64,000 nucleotides of DNA, from NCBI GenBank assembly GCA_036172245.1, contig JAYWIR010000015.1, positions 248,001 to 312,000 of the forward strand. The letters are read 5' to 3'. This document shows positions 11,601 through 23,800 of this stretch, one piece after another; within the stretch, counting starts at the first letter, position 1; each line of letters begins with the position of its first letter. Both the position numbers and the translations under genes were made by a program. A model generated the notes under the pieces. That model saw only the letters and a program-made list of their open reading frames with translations. It was not told the origin of the DNA and ran no database searches. The stretch comes from Raillietiella orientalis (Eukaryota).

Positions 11601-14600
11601 ACTGCACGCCTGATTGAACGGTGGTCAAGTGGGATTTTTCTGCGTCTGCTGTTCATTTGCATCCGGCAGTCGTTAAGGCTGGAATCATTTTCCTTTGCTT
11701 TGGAGCGCATCGTTTTGCGGACTGCTCATAGACTGCATGCATCTAAAAAAGCCTCCCTATTATTCGTGCTTGTTAGCCGTGCTGGCAAACTGGTTTATGC
11801 AAATAGTTGTTGTTCCTGATTCTGGAAATCAATTAGTCATTTCTGCATCGAGACGTAATTAACGCAAGCGCATAAACCATTTACTTAAAAGTACATTTCC
11901 ATGTTTTCCTTAATGGTTTCTCTTATAAAGTTTAGAGGAATGTTTGGACTCCATTCTGATTTGATTCCCGGCATCGAAAGTCCATGAGATGCAGCGAGTC
12001 ATTTCGGGAAGGGTCATTAAGTTTCGAGTTTTCCTTGGAGATGTGCCGTGCAAGAAGCGGGCAGCAGAAACTGTTTCTTCCGCAGAATTTCTGCGCCCCT
12101 CAGAATTTGGAGTGGGCTTATGTAAACCAACGTACATCTGGTCGTTCCTTTGAAAACTGGAGTTGTTGTGGAGAGGGAACACGCATTGCAGCAATAACGA
12201 GTGAATGAAGCAGGGGCAGCTTTGCTTGTGGATCTGGAGGTATTTTCAAAGAAAGTGGCGTGGTTTCTTGACAAAGGGGGAACCGGACCATTCAACCGGG
12301 CAGTTCTTAGCATGACTCCAGGAATACTTTCATGAGGTGTTACAGCTTTTGGGGGGGGAAAGGACACGTTGGGTCTTTCAATGAAATCAGCTCGCTTCCT
12401 TGGTTTCATCACACTCCAGCGAAAGTCGCTCCGTTCGTGTGCAAGGACAACCGAGTGCTTTTTTGCTGGTGGTGTCTTCTGTTTGATGTTTCTTTCCTCC
12501 ATCATTCCGTTACTTGATTAACGTGCATGGGACCTGTCCGTCTCGGCTTATTTGGTGCATAATGCACTAATGAGGGTTCCTTAAGAAACAAATACTATTT
12601 TGCAATGCTTCATGGGCTGCAATCAGAAATTCTGGAAGTTTCTAAACAGCCATTTTCGATTTGAAGAATCAGTAAAGGAGGAAGGAATTGCTTACCTTTG
12701 GGGAATCCGTGAGTAGGTCTATCTCCGACTGGCGTAATATCCGCTACACTTAGTCGGGCAAGAAGATAGGTTCATGGTTTGAAGTTGCTTGAAGTTTCAG
12801 CCAAAGTTTCAATTAAAGAACATTCAAGGCTCGTTCATCACCGGGCCGCGCCCTCAACCTTGTACTGACTGGTCCTGCGAGGAAAATTCGCACGCTCTTT
12901 CCTGAATCTTCACTGATTCAATTTGTTGCAGTTGTTCGCGTTTTGCGCTAATCAAGTTTAAAACGAGATGAAGTACCTTGTTGGAAAAAGAGACGTGACC
13001 ATGGTATTTATGCACCAAACGCGTCATTACTTTGTTACTACGATCTGGTGGTCACACAAACCGTGGAAATCTGGAGTGGAATTTTCCTTCGGAGTACGCA
13101 TGTACATTTTTTTTTTTTTTTTTTTTTTAGTCAGCCATGCCAGCTCGAAGCCAGCATTCTCTCGTGCTAGTCGTAATGTACGTGGCTTAACAAGTCCGTA
13201 CTTTAAAGCGCAAAGCCGATGATGATGATGCGCATAGCGTAAGCGACGGCTTGCCTTCGTCTCCTGCAAAATTTCCAATGTGCGGATGGTGTGGTTCTGA
13301 ATGTGGCGCCCTACGAGCGAAAGTTGGCGCATTGGTTCCGATTCATCACTTGATGGCGCTTACGGCCGAGCAAAGGAAGCTTCTCGAACGTGATTGCAAG
13401 CTGCATACTTATTCGTTTCCATTTTCAACTGCTTCGGTTCGAAGGCCTGTACAGGTGCCACGGGAAGATCGGAGTCGATGCGGTGCAAACTAATTCCGAA
13501 TCAGCAAGAGAATCTCAAAAGCATCTCCTTTTTCTTGAAAAAAAGAAAAAGAAAAAAGAGAGGAAGAAAGAAAAGAAAATTGACCGTTCCGAAGCATTTG
13601 AGATACCTTACGTGCGCGGAGTGTGTGTAGTGGAGGTAGATGCGGGGAACAGCCCAGAGCTCCTGATTCATCTCTTGGCGCGAGTATGCAGTGTGAGAAC
13701 ATTTGGCAAACCCCATGGTGGGTGTTTACATAAGAAAATTTCCCAGAGCATAAATATGGAGTTTGCGAGAACCGCATGAGATCAGAAAACTCGTAAGCAC
13801 GGTGTTCGAGAATGCCTTTTGTTTTGCGTCTGATGTCAATATAGATCTTCTTCGGGCCAACGGTTGAATGTCGGCTTGTGTACCTAAATAAACTTTGTAC
13901 TTCTGCTCGCCTTCTGAGCACGTTTCGTATGCTAATTCTTCAACTGATCCAAGCCTGGAGAGTTTTATTATTCATTGCTCTTCCGAGCCAAATGAGCAGA
14001 AGTTCGTATAGCATACTTCTTCTCCGTGAAGTTTCCGCGAGTTTCTCGCATCTGCTAGCAAGCTGCTCTCCGGGTACGGGGAAACTGTATATGCGGTTCC
14101 GTACGAAAAATCGTTTTCGTTTCGTGCGCGCTCTGTACGAGTGAAAGCCCCAGGGCTCGAGTGTTGAAGGTGTTCCGGAAGTCGGTTTCGATTTCTAAAT
14201 CCGGAAGCCCAAGCAGCAAAACAAGCACTTTCGGCTCTTGAAGTTGCTGCTGCTGCTGCGTCGGTTGGGACCGTCGGCATTCGTCCTTCCTTTCGTTGCC
14301 CGCTTCCCTCGCGGACTCTCTCCTGCGCCCGCGAGACGAAAGCGGATTCAGCGAATCGGTTGCTGCTGCTCTCTCAGGTTCTTAGTTGCGAAGATCTTCC
14401 GTTTGAGCCGCGTGCTCTGTCAATAACATGCAAACATTTCATTTTGCTTCACACGTAAAAGGAGAAACTGCTGTACAAACTTTCCTCGAGGGGCTTCCAC
14501 TCTGCGATTGGCCTGACACTGGATTAACAAATGGCACCTCCTCGCAATGGTTTCAGCGCTGTTCCGCGAGGCGACTGCTGTGCGAGGATCCTCGAAGAAT

Positions 14601-16924
14601 ATATTCCGCACGGGAACGGCAATAACAGTGTGGAGGACTTCTTGATCTCCGTGGTTCCGAGAGGTCGCGTGGAAATTGCAGCCCAGCCCCGTCCACTGTT
14701 TTGCTGATCCCCGATTCGCCTTAGCAACAACACACGACAGCCCCCCGCGCTTGGTGCATCCGCGCATTTTTCTGCATTCCACCTTCCCTTCCCTTCTCCC
14801 CCCGTCGGGATTGTGGTTTTCAGATCTTCTGGTCCTTTTCTCCTCACTGGACGTCTTCCTCTTCACAAGCTGCTGTTTTTTGTTTTCATCTCATGTTTTG
14901 TTTGTTTGTTTTGATTTGCGTCGCTTTTTTAATAAATGGGGCAGTGGTCTCCTTTTTCCTGTCTCCTACGAGGAAAGTCTTTCCACCACCATCTTTTCGA
15001 GGTGATCGAGAATACGGGTGTCGCTGTGCGTGTGCACGAGGCTGTCGTGGCTTCGTTTGACGTGCGTTTCCCCCCGGAACGGAGCAGCCGGAGGTGGTGG
15101 AAACTTGAGACGGTTTGCATCACGAGGGCTCCGTACGCCTGTTTCCCGGTCGCTATGGAAAAGTAAATTATTCTTCCGGGACCAAACCGTTCGAAAGGAT
15201 CCATTCTTACGGTAAATTGAACTCTGGCTGATCGAGTGGATCCTTTTGGAAAACCGAACACCGACCCAACAACAGCAAAGAGATTTAGTGTTAAAATGCA
15301 GGGGGATATTACCTGGAGCAGCTGCGCATTCGCAAGTCTCCTGAGGAAATCAATGCTTTCACGGAGTGGGGCAGCTGGGAGGAGTTCCATTCATCTTTTC
15401 AATTTCGAAGCTTCACTGCTGCTGTCTGTTGGAGACTCTCAGGGAAAAAGGAAAAGACCACGCCAAAAAGGTCAGGTCTTGCCGCACGGCTAGGCGTTCT
15501 TCCATCAGGATGGGAAGTAGCCGAGAGAATGCAGCCGCACAGATTGCCGGAGGGGGAATCGTTGGGAAGTCTTCCCCGAGCCAAATCCTCGGGAGCCATC
15601 GGAAACGTGCGCAGTTCCGAGCGCGAGTCGCTTGCGGCAGCACGAAGGCCCCTTTTACCGCACGGAGTTTGTCCGCGGGGCCGCGCCATCGATTTGACTT
15701 CCCGGCAGCCTCTGACACCGACCTTGTTAATGCGGAAACATTCAATTCCTCCGATCATTACGAAGGGAGAGGAAGGCAACGGGAATCGATGAGGGTGCTT
15801 TGTCCCCCTATCGTAACAGATAGCGAGCGACGCGGTGTCACCGATGCGCGAGGTTTCCCGGTGCCTCGCTGCTTGGCTCGCGGCTCGGCAGGGATTCCCC
15901 CCGAGTTCCCACCCGTCGCTGGCGCCAGTCGGGGTCTCCGCGGAAACGAGTTCAAGCAGCGCGGCAGCCTCAGACTCTTCCAGCGGGTCGCCCACGCGCC
16001 CTCGGTCGGAGGAGCCTCTTCCTCCCACGTGAAACGGAGGACTCCTCAGGTATGTGCGGCACCTCGAGAGGAGGGAGGATGCGGGAAATCCTCACGGTCC
16101 CTCATGGCAACGAGCGCTTTTCGCCCTCGCAGCTCTGGAGGAAACTCTGAGTGTGCTGCCGCTCCTCCCATGGACGTGCGTCGCTGGAGGTCTCGACGTC
16201 CTGCATCCGGAGGCACCGCAGGGCGAACCTGGTGGCCTCGGAGACAGAAAGAGAAAGAGAGCGGATCAAAAAAACTGACAGAATCCGTCGCCTGGAAGCC
16301 GAAAGACATCTTTTTCCCCGAGTGCTTCGTCGCAACCCGGCGTGCTCCTCGTATTCACCTTGGCCTCTTCCCCTCAGCGCGTCCAACGCAGAGGATCGAT
16401 CGCTTTGACCGATGAGAGAGATTTCGGGCCCTATTTTCGCTGCTGATTCCCTGCCTCACCCTCACCGTCCTCTCCAATCCTTCCCTCCCTTTTCCGATGC
16501 TCCCGTCCTGGATTTATGCTGGTGGAGGGGTCGGTTCGATTTTTCGTCCCTTCCGTCGCTCGCATTGCTGGGCGCTCGGCTGCTGCGTGCGCGTATTTTG
16601 ACGCGTGTGCGTTCCCGTCGCCATGACAAATTGCTAGCATCTGCGCCGCGCGTGCATTCTGATTAGGCGCTATCGAAGCTCCGGTCCGCTGGAGAGTTCA
16701 GAAGCAAAGGATGTCGACAAAGAAAACTCGAGTACCCTCGTACGATGAAAGCAGCCAGCAACGCGAAGGGAGATCAGCAAAGGACCGCTCGGACGTTGGC
16801 ATCTGGAAGGAAAGGGGGGGAGGGAAGCCCGGAAGGGGAACCAGGGCATCAGGATCGACTTCTGGGTCGGAGACGAGGCAACTGCGGTGATGAGCCGCCT
16901 CCCAATGGAACCTGCAATTTACGT

Positions 16925-17280
16925 AATTGCATACAAAGGAGCCCAGAAGCCTCAGGTCGACCCGCGTCATCAAATATTTACGAAGGGTCGGGCTCAGTAA
17001 GCTGCCCCGTGCTTGCCGGCAGCCTTGTAAACCCGGCCCTGGATCCCAAGGTCTGCAGGAGGTGGGTTGGCGGGCCCACCGGACTCATCCGCCTTCTCTG
17101 CCTGTCTCCAAGAGCCTCCCGCCTAGCACGGAGCAGGGCGGTCACTTCCGATCGGCCGGATACAGGTCTTTCGCCAGCTTGAGGAAGCCGTGGCCACCTC
17201 TACACTGCCCAGCAGCACTCCAAAGGCGCGCACGCCCCCCGGCACAAGCCTCAAACGCAGTCGAGGAGAAGAGGGAGAAA
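16925..17280 (-). mobile_element. Probable fossil non-LTR retrotransposon RT fragment
   Basis: One minus frame with two stops reads TAFE..RARLW..GHGFLKLAKDLY..GGRL..GCRQARGSLLSPTLRKYL, collinear with the LINE RT consensus KAFD..R..LW..G...LI.LI..LY..GVRQG..LSP.LF..Y. Confidence 0.45.
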
Positions 17281-20200
17281 GGGGAACTCGTCGGGTATGG
17301 GGCGGAAGATCCTCGCTCGAATGGGGAAGGAGTCCGTGCGTGTCCCGCATACCCGCGCCTTTTGTTGCGTTGCAGGGATGAGGAAAAATCCTCAAGGGCG
17401 AGAAAGAGTGGCCACTGAGTTCCAAGACGGTCGCGAGAGCTCCTTGTTTGCTTGGGTGTTGTTTACTCCGTCTTGGGGAAGGACGCATCGCCAACCTTTC
17501 GGGAAAAAGGGAACTGTTGTCTCACTCGCTGACCACCCAGGCGAAGAGACGAAAGGGGCGTACTCTGCACGGTGCCCGGCCCTCTTTCCCGTCTCCGGGA
17601 TCGGGCTTAGCTCGCTTTCGCGTGCGGCGGCATCTCCTCGAGCAGCAGCCGGGTTTCGTGGCTAGAGGAGGGGCGTTTGCTCCCCTGTCCAACTCCTATC
17701 CGCTTCGAAGGATGCCGAATTCCGTGTCCCGGAAACCTTGCTTCTTTGGGTTCATCGCAAGGGGCAGAGCCCTTTCGGGCACCAGTCCTTTCTTAGCCGC
17801 GACCAGAACTCTCTTAGCAGGAACGGCTTTCCAAGTCACTCGTGGCAAGAGGAAGCATTCTTTGCTTATAGAGGAGGAGGGAAGTGACGTTTTCTTTTTT
17901 TAAAAAAACAAAAATCAAAAATCCACTACTTTCTTGGCAAGGAAGGCAATCCGTCTTTGCATCTTCCTGACATCAGTCGTCTTCTTGTTTCCCCGTCTCT
18001 CTGCGTGTGCCTCGTGGATGCTCTTGGACTCGCCTCGCAGCGTCTTCCCTCTTGCTATTCTTCGGCTTTTCGTTCAAACGGGATCTTTCCATTTCTCCTC
18101 GGTTCGTGTTGCGTTATTGACTCCAGCCAGCATCTTTTCCCACGTATTTCTTTTCTTTTTCTTTTCTTTCCTTCCTTTCTGTCCTTCTTTGCGGCTTCCT
18201 CCGCGTGCTCGAACGTCTCAATAGGCGAAACAGCGGGATGCGTAATGAAACCTGGTGAAGCCTCGCTTCGGGAAGTTTCCTAAGCATCCAAGTGAAGAGT
18301 GATACAGTCGCATTGGTGATAGCGGAAGAGGAGGAGGAGAAGGAATTTCGCGATCTGGGGAACCTCTCGGGGTGCAGCGAGGGATGAAGGGGGGGATTTG
18401 CAGGAAGAGCATGCGGGACCGTGTTCCGTCGTTGCTTATTTATCGGCCTCTAATTTCCCGAACGTTCGGGATTCTTTAATTAGCAGCAGAGGGAGCGACG
18501 GTGAATCATCATGATGAATTCTCGTTCGCGGCGCTGAGGATGCTTTCGGATTTCGCACGCTGGTCGAGGAACTTCGGGGATTTTCGACCCGTCTGGATGG
18601 CGCGCGGGTGCCCGGCTGAAATGTGCGCGCGCGTGCGTGCGCAAGCCAATCGGTCGACCATCGCAGGAGGAATTCTTCCCCGTCGTGTCGTCCCAGATCG
18701 CCTGCATCCGCAGTGCAAGTGCGCGCGTGCGCATGTGCTCACCGGCGTGCGTAACCCAAGGAAATACGCGTGTGTGTGTGTGCGCGCGCGCTCTTAAGAG
18801 TCGCGAAGACGAGGACTGCGGCAATCCTCGGACTCGGGACCTGGGAAGCGGCGCTCGCTCGCTCCTGAAAGAGGTGTCCGGTCCCGACTAGTGGTGTCAT
18901 GTGTTCGGTCAGGTCTCTTCCCACCATAGCGTAGAGGACCCGGTCGGATCCGGTTCGGTACGTGCTGCCTTACGTGGTCCTCTCGAACCATCAGTGAGGA
19001 TGCGTGTCCCTGCTGCGGTTGCTTTCTTCCGCTCATGCTAGATGCTTCAGATTCCGCAATCGGGGTTCTCGCATTCAGTCTGTTTCCCACCCTGATGCAA
19101 CACAGCTTCCAGGCGTTTTTCTCTCTCTCCCACCCACCCCCTTTTTCTTTTCATTTCCAAGCAACAAAATCACGGAATCCATTCCTCTGGATGTACAGGA
19201 AAAGGAAACTGCTCTTGCTAAGGTCTCCGAAGACTCGTCTGAAGACCTCGGCATGAGCAGGATGCAGAGGTCGATCTGAAATCTGCTGTCGCATGCACTT
19301 CAGGGCGAGCACGGACTGGATGTTCCAGAAAGATTCCTCACGCCTTCGGTTCTTCGCTTTTCTGATTTTTCGTTCCCGTTCCCGGCGAAAAGGACGGAAG
19401 GTTCCTCGTCAGCTTCGAATCCGGTAAATCATTATCCCATCAGTCGGTTCCGAATCCGTCTCGATGGCGACACAGCTGGCGTCGTGTGCGCTTTTATCAC
19501 CAAGTGCTTCCGTGAATCCCGCCTTGCGAGAATCCTTGTCTCCTGGTGCTCAATTTCAAGCTGTTTTGATGAATTGTCCTTGCAGCTGTGCTAATACCTC
19601 CGCACAGAGCAATGATTCCTTGATTTGCGGAGCAGGCCGGTCAGGACTTTCCCCCTTCCGAACCGAATCGATCCCGAAACGGCACTGCTCCATAAAGCAC
19701 CTCTTCTCGAGGAAGCTTAAGAAGCTGTTGTTCGTGGGACGTTGTCAAGGCAGCACCCTAATTGTTCCATGTTTCATGTTCATAGAACGTGGGGCAATCA
19801 TTCTTCAAAGCACGTGTTAATTTCGTTTGACAGGAAGCATTAATATTCGTCATATCTGACCACGTTGGGTCCCGAGCGTTCGTTTTCTCGAAGACTGCCC
19901 CATTTGGGGGCCGGAATTGCATTACGCGGGCACCCTGATCCAAGATTTGCGCAAGCACACAGGCGGCGCACGTACGTGCGGCGCATGCACGTACGTTCTC
20001 GATTACTCCAGGTAGGATTCAAGGGGATGGACTTATCCAGGACCTACCTATTGTGGTTGTGAGCTTCTAAGCATTCAGAGGAGACTTCCCCGAGCGTTCT
20101 GAAACCTATTGGCCGAGAAATGGGCTGCTGCATACATCTCGATGACTTGTGTGAGGTTCTTCCGCAGCAAGGAACTACCGTTTCTCCGCGATTGTCTGAC

Positions 20201-20679
20201 ACCCGAACGCCCTTTGGCAGCTCCGGGAGCGAAATGTTCCCCTTCTTTTGGAGAAAGCAACAGCTTCGTGTTTCCAGCAACTCGAGATGCGTTTCTTCTC
20301 CCCTTTTTCGAAATGAATTCCAGGGGAAAAACAGAAACAATGAAGGAGGAGGGAAGAGATTTTTATGCCACGCTGAAAGACGCAACAGTGATTACTTCCT
20401 TTAGAGCTTAGAGAGATCCAGGACTTCGCGGAAACTTCTTTGCAAATTACAGACCCTTGTAGTGATCGAGTATAGCAACGACGACGGAGTGGTCGAAACT
20501 CAGCTTTCGCACGCTAAGATTACAAACTTATGTGTCCATTGTCTCCCTGAACTTCCTCCTCTGGGATTAGTCAAGCAAAAGCAGCCTCGTGCGGATGGAA
20601 ACTGAAGTCCCTCGTTGTCTATCGAAGACTCCTAGAACTCGGAGAACGCACTTGACCTCATGGAAGTTCAAAAAGGTAT

Positions 20680-20850
20680 TCGAAAAATGACCGGTTCATC
20701 GCTGGAAGAACAAGATAGGGATCAGCTGACGCGCGAAGCTCTTTCGAGTAGCGGGCAGGCGGGAACTTGTCACCCAGGAGGCTTGGTGGTGCTTGGGAGA
20801 CAGGTTCGCCGACGTGAGAGGAGGGTAGCGGCGAGTTCGTCCAAATCTCT
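20680..20850 (-). mobile_element. Possible fossil LINE ORF2 fragment (region before the RT core)
   Basis: With one frameshift: LDELAATLLS..TTKPPG/DKFPPARYSKELRASADPYLVLPAMNRSF, resembling EEV..AI..L..KAPGPDGIP...LKEL.....L..LFN.S. Confidence 0.28.
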
Positions 20851-23800
20851 TCTTCCGGATCCCGGAGGCGTGCGTTTTCCGGTCCAGCAGCGTTTTCGGG
20901 AGGGCTTCCGCGGCATCGAATCTTGAAGTGATGCGGTTGCCATGCCACTTCGGACCTTCCCGCCTCGGATCTTCGGCCTCAGAAGTGTTCGCTTATCGGT
21001 TCGCTTACCCCTTAAAACCATGAGATGTCCCTCGTCTCAGAAGGGAGCGTCCTCATCCCGGACAGCGAGTGCCTCTCCGAAGGTTCGCAGGAAAAAGAGT
21101 AACGTGAAGGAAAGGAGGAAATTCCCGGATCCCATTGCCGTTGCCTCGTCGAACTGGCTACCAGGGTGGCGAGCTCCCGGTTGGTTGTTTTTTTTTTTTT
21201 TCTCCCGGCCGAATTGGTTCCCCGCCGCTTACCAATATGGGTCGATTGATTAATCGACCCACATGCTTCGTTTCTTGGCGACGGCTTTTGTCTCTCTGCA
21301 CAAAACTCGACGTGCGACATCGAAGGTCGTGGAACAAGCAAAAAACCCACACGCGCGCGCGCGCACTCACACAATTTGCGTGCTCACCTGACAAACGCGG
21401 AAGTTCTTCGGGTTTTGTTTCCGCTTTGTTCCACGGATGTGATGGAGGTAATTACTTGCTTTGGAATCTCCTTCGTTGTTTTGAGTAATGACTCCAAAGT
21501 TCGTTCTTAATGACTTGGACACACACACAAAAAAAAATGAGACCAATAGCGAGTACAAAACCCGAAAGCTGAGCGAAGACGTGGATTCTCGCAGATTAGT
21601 CCATCTTTGCCAAGTGCCTCTAGGCGTGTCCAGGATGTGATTCCCGTGTTTCGTTCTCTCTCGCGTGTCCACATGTGCGCTGGACTTTCTGCTGCCTTTT
21701 GCAAGCGAGTCCTCTTCGTGTTCTCTCCGCTGGTGCCGGTCTGCGAGAAAGCTCCAGTTGTCTCTGCGAGATCACAGAATTGAAAATCGGTCCTCCATAA
21801 AGCCGTGACGTTTTCCTTGTCCAGATCGTTTTCCGCGTCCACGTGCAGAGGGTTCCTGCGGACGAAGCCATTCTCGCGGAAAGGCACGCATCCAAGGGTT
21901 CGCAGTGTACCTTCGTTACCCAGGGAGCAGAAGGGTCTCCTGTTGCTATAGGAAGCGCGAATTATCTTTGAACTCGAGCTCCGCAGCCTGTGCCCTCGGT
22001 CCCGCTGATGGCCATGTGCCGCGCCGTTCTGCTTGATCCAGAAAGAAAGAAGAAACACGGCTTGATGATCGATGGATCCTTCGAAAATCGGTTCTCCATA
22101 ACACTCTGACACATGGTGAGATGGAATGGATTAGTTTGTGGTCCGAGGAAGCGAATGGCTCAGCAGAACCCTCAGGAGCTGCTCTTGCGCAGATGAAAAA
22201 TGATCTGCACAAGAAAATTCAGAGCTTATGAAGCATGGCGGCGTATCCTAGTAATTACGATCCAGTGAGAGTGTCCGAGGAGCCGCTTGGTGTTGCTCTT
22301 GACGTCGGTGAGCAAACCAACTTGTCCCTCCCTTCGCGCTGCATCTGCGCTCGCGAACTCGTGAGTTTCTCTGGAAACGCTACCCAAGGAGTCATGTGCT
22401 TCCCACACAGTCCTTACCCATGCGGCATGTACTCTGGGTGCCGCTGATTAGCCCTTCGCCTCGCCGTGATATATGGGCCTAGGGGAGGAAGATTCGAAGG
22501 CGCAGCAGAGTGATCGGAGAGGTTCCCAGTTTTTGCCGTCTTCCTCCGCGTCGTTTCTTCCTGCCGGAATGTCCTGCGGCACGGGAAACTCTGCTTGCTC
22601 GGCCTCGGGGTTGCATCCAGAGGAACGGATCATCTCGGCGCTGCTGAATACGAAAGAAGTGTTCGGGTGTCCTTCCACGCTCCTCCACTCTGCTTCACTT
22701 CGACAGCGGCATCAGGAAACGTTCTTCCGGCGTTTCCCTGAGGAGGGAAACAGCGCGGCGGGTGCTGCACTTTCCTTTCGCACGCACGCAGCTTCCTTGG
22801 GTCTCTCTCTCTCTCTCCCTGCTTGCCGGCGCAGTCTTTGGAGGACTTTAGAGTATCTTTTGTCGCTTCGTATCTTCAGGCCACGCCGCTTCCGATTGGC
22901 ATCATTCATACCGCCTGGTTGTAATTGTCTGATCTCTCGCCTGGATCCTCGAGTCTGTTTGCTCGTTTCCTAAAAATAACTTTGTCTGAAATTCTGATCG
23001 AATGGCGCAGCCCAAGTGGGTTGAGCCTGGAGTTCTCCCCACCGTGTGGATCCTGCAGCTCCAAGCAGCAGCGCCTCTTCAGTAAGTTGTAAAAAATCAA
23101 TGGAGAGAATAAACCTTTTTGCAAACCACTGCTGGTCTTTATTGTATACGGAAGAGACGTTTCTGATGCCGATGTTCTTCTTTCTGATTCTGAACGTTCC
23201 TCGGCCGCTCTAGCTAACTCAGTGCTTTCGGGAAATGAAGATGTCGAGAGATGCGTATCTTTGAAAACACGCCAGGAAGAAGCAGGGATTTCCTTCTTTT
23301 TTTTTTTTTTTTTTCCTTCTCTTGTGTGTGTGTTTCTTGCCTTCATTGTATCAGTCCAGAGACTCAACCGTGACGGCGTATCCTTGGAAAGCATCTTGAA
23401 AAATATCTGTTGCTTTCCAGCGGTGAAAGCAGCCATTTATCATCAGTAATAACGAAGGCTGCCTAACTTTCATTTTTCAAGCTCGTTGCTAACAATCTCA
23501 ATCGTGATTGCTCTCTCCACATGAAAGACAATTTGGCGAAGTTTCATTCTGCCTTATTATTTTTAATCATCAGTGAAGTGAAAAACGGAACCGATTGAAC
23601 AGCTTAGCAGAAGAGTATGCTTGTCGTAGGACGAAAGTTTAATGGATGCGTGGGATCGCTGCTGCTCCCAAGTATTCAACCCCCATCCCTCCCCTACAGC
23701 CCAGCGTTTAAGAACCGCCTGAGAGTGCATTCGAGGCGTGTGCATGCTCACTGCACCAGGAGAAAATGTGGTCCTCCGTGGAAAACCTGGATGATTTCTT

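Noticed and set aside
15366..16415. 349-aa ORF
   Set aside because: GC-rich, biased to Arg/Ser/Gly/Ala, overlapped by ORFs in other frames and without a recognisable domain.
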